Shown in pieces: positions 50,570 through 64,000 of a DNA stretch of 64,000 nucleotides. Positions within the stretch are counted from its first letter, which is position 1. Every line of letters starts with the position of its first letter. The notes under the pieces are model-generated. The model did not search any database and had not been told where the DNA came from. It saw only the letters and a list, made by a program, of their open reading frames with translations. The stretch is from Sphingomonadales bacterium (GTDB taxonomy: Bacteria; Pseudomonadota; Alphaproteobacteria; Sphingomonadales; Sphingomonadaceae): assembly GCA_038217195.1 (NCBI GenBank), contig JBBQPQ010000002.1, positions 16,735 through 80,734 of the forward strand, read 5' to 3'. The translations under genes and the position numbers were made by a program.

Positions 50570-52684
50570 ATGTTTGGCGTAAATTTCCGGCTGGCGCTGT
50601 TGGTGACAGCGGCGAGCGCCGTGGCCATGCCCGGTATTGTCTATGCAAATGAGGTGGCTGGTAACGCAGCACCCATATCTGCAAAGTCAGGTGAGCGGCG
50701 TTTTACGCCAGATTTTTTCACGACCTTTGCGCCAGTGACTGCTTTGGACATGGTGAAACGTATTCCCGGTTTTTCTGTCAATGATGGTGACGGGCGTCGC
50801 GGCTTCGGTGAAAATGCTGGCAACGTATTGATTGATGGCGATCGTCCGTCCACCAAATCGGACGATATCTTTACAATCTTGTCGCGCATACCCGCCAGTC
50901 AAGTGGAAAATATTATATTGTCGGAACAAGCAGGAGCAGACACCGAAACGCAAGGGCAGGGACAAGTTGTCAATATTGTGCGCAAACGTACTGCGAAGGT
51001 CAACGGGACGTATGAAGCCAATATCGTTGCTGGAACCCGTTACGGGTTCCAGCCTTCGGTCAACGCATCGGCAACATTGCGCCGTGGCGATACCAGCTAC
51101 GAATTGAACCTGTCGTCTTACTCCGAACGTGTATATGGCTTTGGCCCAGAAGATTTTAAAACCGGGATAGGAGCGCTTATCGAACGGCGGTTTTATTCCG
51201 GGAAAGGCGGCTTTGACCAAGCTGCGCTAGGCGGCGCCATCAAGACTAGATTAGGCGACACGAAAGTAAACCTGAATGGACAGGTGCGCTGGAGCGACGG
51301 TTTCGACATCCGTGATGGTCTTTACTTCAACAATATCGGGACAGGCACCGGAAGTGAACTTCTGTTGCGTGGCGGGCCCGTGAGCGACACCAATTATGAG
51401 CTGGGCGGCGATGTCGAGTTTTCCCTGCTGCCAAAGACCAACACCAAGATTGTCGCGCTTTATCGCTCGGCGAAGGAAAGCAACGACAGCAGCATTGAGG
51501 TGACGCGGGCAGGGCAGCCGGTAACCCTTTTTGAAACACGAAGCCGGAACAGGCCCAAAGAAGCCGTCCTGCGCATGCAAAACGACTGGAGTGGTTTAGG
51601 CAGGCACGCGATCCAGTTTGGGGCTGAGGTTGCATACAATCGCCTTGATGCGCGTTTCAGTGTCGCCAACTCCGTTGCGGGTGCAGTGACAAACTTCCCG
51701 GGGTCAAACGTCCTCGTGGAGGAAACCCGGATCGAACCCTTTGTAAGCGATGTTTGGACTGTTGGACCATCTTGGAAAATTGAGGCTGGCGCCATTACAG
51801 AATTCTCTAAACTTACGTTGTCTGGTGATAGCGCTGCCGCGCGCAGCTTTGCATTTATAAAACCACGGGCAATTGCGACATGGACGATTAACCCGCAAAC
51901 GACTCTGGAATTGCGCGCCGAACGCCAGGTGGCGCAGTTGGATTTCAACGAATTTGCAACGTCGGTTGATGTCACCGTTGGCAATCAGGTCGATGCAGGT
52001 AACGCGGATCTCGTGCCTGAAAAGACCACGACGTTTTCGGCGCTGATCCGGCACAAATTTCTGGAACGCGGCAGCATTCAGCTGCGTGGTGAATATCAAA
52101 GCGTGACAGATACCCAGGATCTGGTCCCTATTACCCAACGCGATTCTGCGGGTAACGTCACTGCGCAATTCGACGGCACGGGCAATATCGGCAAAAGCAG
52201 CAGGTGGAATGGTGAACTTGAAATTACATTGCCACTGGACTGGTTGACCAAGCCCGCCGGCTTTAGTGGTGTCGAGGTGCGTTACGTCGGGCATTATCAC
52301 GGGAGCCGCGTCACGGACCCCGTAACTGGCTTTAACCGGCGTATGTCAAACCGCCCGTTATGGCATCAGCAATGGGACGTTCGGTATGACGTTACGGATC
52401 TGGGGCTGGTCTATGGCGCGTCTTTCAGCGTGCAAGAATCCAATTATGCGTATTTTTTCAATGAGACTAGGCGTCAGACCGATGGCACGAGAACGGCATT
52501 GTTCATTGAATATTCGAAGTTCAAGCTGGGCACCATTAAGCTTCAGGTAATTGACATGCCAGGGTTCCACAGGGATCGCTTTATCTACAGCGGAACCCGC
52601 GCTTCGAACAATCTAGCCCAAATCGTTAACCGCGAGCGCCACCTTGATCCACTTCTGCAACTGACATTATCCGGAAAGTTTTGA
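50570..52684 (+). CDS. TonB-dependent receptor-like outer-membrane beta-barrel
   Basis: Signal peptide, short plug (TALDMVKRIPGF...GNVLIDGDRP), alternating beta-strands, C-terminal LTLSGKF. Confidence 0.88.
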   Translation: MFGVNFRLALLVTAASAVAMPGIVYANEVAGNAAPISAKSGERRFTPDFFTTFAPVTALDMVKRIPGFSVNDGDGRRGFGENAGNVLIDGDRPSTKSDDIFTILSRIPASQVENIILSEQAGADTETQGQGQVVNIVRKRTAKVNGTYEANIVAGTRYGFQPSVNASATLRRGDTSYELNLSSYSERVYGFGPEDFKTGIGALIERRFYSGKGGFDQAALGGAIKTRLGDTKVNLNGQVRWSDGFDIRDGLYFNNIGTGTGSELLLRGGPVSDTNYELGGDVEFSLLPKTNTKIVALYRSAKESNDSSIEVTRAGQPVTLFETRSRNRPKEAVLRMQNDWSGLGRHAIQFGAEVAYNRLDARFSVANSVAGAVTNFPGSNVLVEETRIEPFVSDVWTVGPSWKIEAGAITEFSKLTLSGDSAAARSFAFIKPRAIATWTINPQTTLELRAERQVAQLDFNEFATSVDVTVGNQVDAGNADLVPEKTTTFSALIRHKFLERGSIQLRGEYQSVTDTQDLVPITQRDSAGNVTAQFDGTGNIGKSSRWNGELEITLPLDWLTKPAGFSGVEVRYVGHYHGSRVTDPVTGFNRRMSNRPLWHQQWDVRYDVTDLGLVYGASFSVQESNYAYFFNETRRQTDGTRTALFIEYSKFKLGTIKLQVIDMPGFHRDRFIYSGTRASNNLAQIVNRERHLDPLLQLTLSGKF

Positions 52685-52709
52685 CGCTTTTTTAGCCGAG
52701 TCATTCGCC

Positions 52710-52750
52710 AACAAAAAACCCGCCGGAATTGCCTCCGGCGGGTTTTTGTT
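52710..52750. terminator. Bidirectional intrinsic terminator
   Basis: AACAAAAAACCCGCCGGA-ATTGCC-TCCGGCGGGTTTTTGTT between the convergent TBDR and rpoC. Confidence 0.92.
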
Positions 52751-52768
52751 ATGTGCTTACCTGAACGA

Positions 52769-57034
<4,266 letters not shown>

Positions 57035-57086
57035 ATTCATTTCCTCATTGGGCATGCGCCCATGAAAACCAAAGGGCAGCGGCAGG

Positions 57087-57106
57087 GGGCGGACCGAAAT
57101 CCGCCC
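57087..57106 (-). other. UUCG-tetraloop hairpin in the rpoB-rpoC spacer
   Basis: mRNA strand GGGCGGAU-UUCG-GUCCGCCC with no U-tract. Probably a stability or processing element. Confidence 0.55.
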
Positions 57107-57115
57107 ATCTCTGCG

Positions 57116-61273
<4,158 letters not shown>

Positions 61274-61480
61274 AAGGTGCGTTGCCTCAATTAGAAATGT
61301 CAGGCGCAGGAAGACTTCCCACTAGCTAGGGCCACAAGACAAGAAAAGGCCGCAAGACGATGTCCCCGGATTCGGGTCCTGCCGTGCAGCCGTTTCGCGT
61401 ATGTGAAACCCATGTCCATCAATGCGTTAGCCAAGTTGCGCGACGACAAGGCTGTTCCCGATGGTGTGGATGTTGAAACC

Positions 61481-61509
61481 CATATAGGCCGCGGTTTACC
61501 AAGCGTCAA
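61481..61509 (-). promoter_or_regulatory. sigma70 promoter of rpoBC
   Basis: TTGACG-N17-TATATG on the minus strand, implying a 5' UTR of about 200 nt. Confidence 0.6.
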
Positions 61510-61510
61510 G

Positions 61511-61534
61511 CCTGTCCTGAGCCTGACGAAAGGA
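61511..61534 (+). repeat. Possible degenerate REP relic (PVLSLSKG type)
   Basis: CCTGTCCTGAGCCTGACGAAAGGA resembles alphaproteobacterial ...CCTGAGCCTGTCGAAGG... repeats. Single degenerate copy. Confidence 0.3.
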
Positions 61535-61736
61535 GATGCGCGGCACCGAAATGGAGTTAAACCAACCGCGAAAGGTCACACGAAACTCTCACCTAAACCG
61601 ATGCGCAAAGCGTACAGTGGTTGTTGAGCATGCCCCGATCAGCCAGAGGGGAGCGTTAACCGATGTCGGCCAGGATGGTGACAGAATGAATTCTACATTC
61701 CAAGTGTCTTGTTGGGGTCGCCACGAACTGCTCAAC

Positions 61737-61960
61737 TCAGCCCCTCCTCAAAGCCTCCGTCTTATGCGCAGCCGTTTTTCCTTCATCGGTTTCCACAATA
61801 TATTGAGGTTTATTCTTGGACGCGGCGACCTTGCGGCCCCTGATTTGCGTCGGGCTGGTCTGCTCATTCACCACCTTGCATGCGCGGTGCTGCCGTGCGA
61901 ATTCCAGCTTAACTAGTCGCCAGCTTTGGGTTTGCTTTGCTTTGATGTCTTGTCAGCCAT
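61737..61960 (-). pseudogene. DUF2945/Hva1 TUDOR-like small protein, pseudogene
   Basis: RBS AAGGAG and ATG at 61960. MADKTSKQSKPKAGD*LSWNSHGSTAH, a 1-nt deletion near 61879, then KVVNEQTSPTQIRGRKVAASKNKPQYIVETDEGKTAAHKTEALRRG*. Length 224 nt = 225-1. In-frame TAG at 61913-61915. Confidence 0.75.
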
Positions 61961-62073
61961 ATCGTGTCTCCTTTGCCAGTATACCCAACACGTAGGGCCA
62001 TGACGCCTCTCGTTGTCCTACGGGCATTCCGCCAAGCTTGAAGGGGCGGGGCGGCCCTGCTAGGGGCGCTGGC

Positions 62074-63891
62074 ATGACCGAACTCTCTCTCATCCGTAAT
62101 TTTTCTATCATCGCGCACATTGACCACGGAAAGTCGACCCTTGCGGATCGGCTGATCCAGCAAACCGGCGGGCTGACGGCGCGAGAGATGACGAGCCAGG
62201 TCCTCGATAATATGGACATCGAGAAAGAGCGCGGCATCACCATCAAGGCGCAGACCGTGCGGCTGGATTACACCGCGAAAGACGGTGTTACCTATCAATT
62301 GAACCTCATGGACACGCCGGGTCATGTTGACTTTGCCTATGAAGTCAGCCGAAGTCTTGCCGCATGCGAAGGCGCGTTGCTCGTCGTTGACGCCGCGCAA
62401 GGGGTCGAGGCGCAAACGCTCGCCAATGTCTACCAGTCGATCGAGCATGACCATGAAATCGTGCCCGTCATCAACAAGATCGATCTTCCCGCCGCCGAAG
62501 TCGACAAGGTGAAGGCCGAGATCGAGGAAATCATCGGCTTGCCCGCCGATAACGCGGTGCTGACCAGCGCCAAGTCCGGCATCGGCATTGACGAAGTGCT
62601 TGAGGCTGTCGTCACCCGAATCCCCCCGCCAAAGGGCGACCGCAACGCGCCCCTGAAGGCGATGCTCGTCGATAGCTGGTACGACCCCTATCTCGGCGTC
62701 GTCATCCTGATCCGGGTCATCGACGGCGTGATCAAAAAGGGCCAGGAAATCCAGTTCATGGCCGCCGGCACTAAGCATCTGGTCGACCGCGTCGGTTGCA
62801 TGCGGCCAAAGCTTGAGATCCTGAGCGAAATCGCGGCTGGTGAAGTCGGCATCATCACCGCGCAGATCAAGGAGGTCGCTCAGACCCGCGTCGGCGACAC
62901 CATTACCGATGCCAAGCGCCCCGCCGCCGAAGCCTTGCCCGGGTTCAAGGAAGTGCAGCCTGTTGTGTTCTGCGGCCTGTTCCCGACCGACGCCGCCGAT
63001 TTTGAGAAGCTGCGCGAAAGCATCAGCAAGCTTCGCCTTAACGACGCATCGTTCAGCTTCGAAACCGAAAGCAGCGCGGCGTTGGGCTTTGGCTTTCGCT
63101 GCGGCTTCCTTGGGCTGCTACACCTTGAGATCATTCAGGAGCGCCTGACGCGCGAGTTCGACCTTGACCTCATCACCACCGCGCCGTCTGTGGTCTACAA
63201 GTTGAAGCTCAGCCGGTCAAAGACAGACGACGCGCGCGACATGGAACTGCACAACCCCGCCGACATGCCCGACGTCAACCGCATTGACGAAATTCAGGAG
63301 CCATGGATCGAGGCGACGATTTACTGCCCCGATGAATATCTGGGCTCCATCCTGAAACTGTGCCAGGATCGGCGCGGCATTCAGAAGCAGCTCACTTATG
63401 TGGGCGGCCGCGCGCAATTGGTGTATGAACTTCCGCTCAACGAAGTGGTGTTCGACTTTTACGACCGGCTGAAAAGCATTAGCAGGGGCTATGCGTCGTT
63501 CGACTATCACCAGATCGGCCACCGCGAAGGCGACCTTGTGAAGATGAGCATCATGGTCAATGGAGACGCGGTCGATGCGCTCAGCATGATCGTTCACCGC
63601 GGCACCGCAGAATCGCGCGGCCGGGGCATGTGCGAGCGCCTAAAGGACCTGATCCCGCGCCATTTGTTCAAGATACCCATTCAGGCCGCGATCGGCGGCA
63701 AGGTCATTGCCCGCGAAACCATCGCCGCGATGCGCAAGGACGTAACCGCCAAATGCTACGGCGGCGACATAAGCCGCAAGAAAAAGCTGCTGGAAAAGCA
63801 GAAAAAGGGCAAGGCCCGGATGCGGGAATATGGCAATGTGAGCATCCCGCAGGAGGCGTTTATTGCGGCGCTTAGGATGGGTGAGGAGTAG
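62074..63891 (+). CDS. lepA: Translation elongation factor 4
   Basis: [46 protein letters not shown] and [16 protein letters not shown] at 62074. Confidence 0.98.
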   Translation: MTELSLIRNFSIIAHIDHGKSTLADRLIQQTGGLTAREMTSQVLDNMDIEKERGITIKAQTVRLDYTAKDGVTYQLNLMDTPGHVDFAYEVSRSLAACEGALLVVDAAQGVEAQTLANVYQSIEHDHEIVPVINKIDLPAAEVDKVKAEIEEIIGLPADNAVLTSAKSGIGIDEVLEAVVTRIPPPKGDRNAPLKAMLVDSWYDPYLGVVILIRVIDGVIKKGQEIQFMAAGTKHLVDRVGCMRPKLEILSEIAAGEVGIITAQIKEVAQTRVGDTITDAKRPAAEALPGFKEVQPVVFCGLFPTDAADFEKLRESISKLRLNDASFSFETESSAALGFGFRCGFLGLLHLEIIQERLTREFDLDLITTAPSVVYKLKLSRSKTDDARDMELHNPADMPDVNRIDEIQEPWIEATIYCPDEYLGSILKLCQDRRGIQKQLTYVGGRAQLVYELPLNEVVFDFYDRLKSISRGYASFDYHQIGHREGDLVKMSIMVNGDAVDALSMIVHRGTAESRGRGMCERLKDLIPRHLFKIPIQAAIGGKVIARETIAAMRKDVTAKCYGGDISRKKKLLEKQKKGKARMREYGNVSIPQEAFIAALRMGEE

Positions 63892-63895
63892 TTAT

Positions 63896-64000
63896 TTGGC
63901 CAGAGCGCGATTGGGGTTTTTGCTTTTGGTTTTGGCCAGTGCAGGTGGTTGCGCACCAGCGATGGAGACGGCGACGATGACACCATTAGTGGCAAAGCGG
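63896..64000 (+). CDS. Possible 5' end of a secreted or lipoprotein gene, runs off the window
   Basis: TTG 7 nt after GAGGAG. Reads (M)ARARLGFLLLVLASAGGCAPAMETAT..., with a signal peptide and a candidate lipidation Cys. Confidence 0.4.
   Translation, partial: MARARLGFLLLVLASAGGCAPAMETATMTPLVAKR

Overview
Mostly core-genome DNA from an alphaproteobacterium, very probably Sphingomonadales (inferred from protein style and gene order; GC roughly mid-50s% by eye). Housekeeping genes: polA, pheA, serC-serA-hisZ, purA, large NAD-glutamate dehydrogenase, tRNA deaminase tadA, rpmB, putA, tsaC/sua5, msrA, galU, rpoB-rpoC, lepA. Envelope and transport genes: two TonB-dependent receptors, an RND pump pair, MFS, DMT and DAACS transporters, an orphan Tad pilus ATPase, and a LytS/LytTR two-component pair. 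I saw no tRNA, rRNA, CRISPR array, integrase, transposase or prophage, and cannot support a large novel system. The best leads are small. (1) An MsrQ-like membrane protein lacking one canonical heme His, coupled to a PepSY protein, with a Fur-like box and no msrP. (2) A perfect 17-bp palindrome between the divergent dicarboxylate/amino-acid symporter and glutamate dehydrogenase genes. (3) A serC leader RNA. (4) A CGTC-type REP doublet between serC and serA. (5) A secreted esterase with a Cys-rich N-terminal module lying antisense between hisZ and purA. (6) An orphan PhnZ-like HD protein. (7) Two genes missing from the ORF track: a 41-aa Lys-rich protein and a doubly broken DUF2945/Hva1-like pseudogene. 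All family calls come from motif recognition, not database searches.
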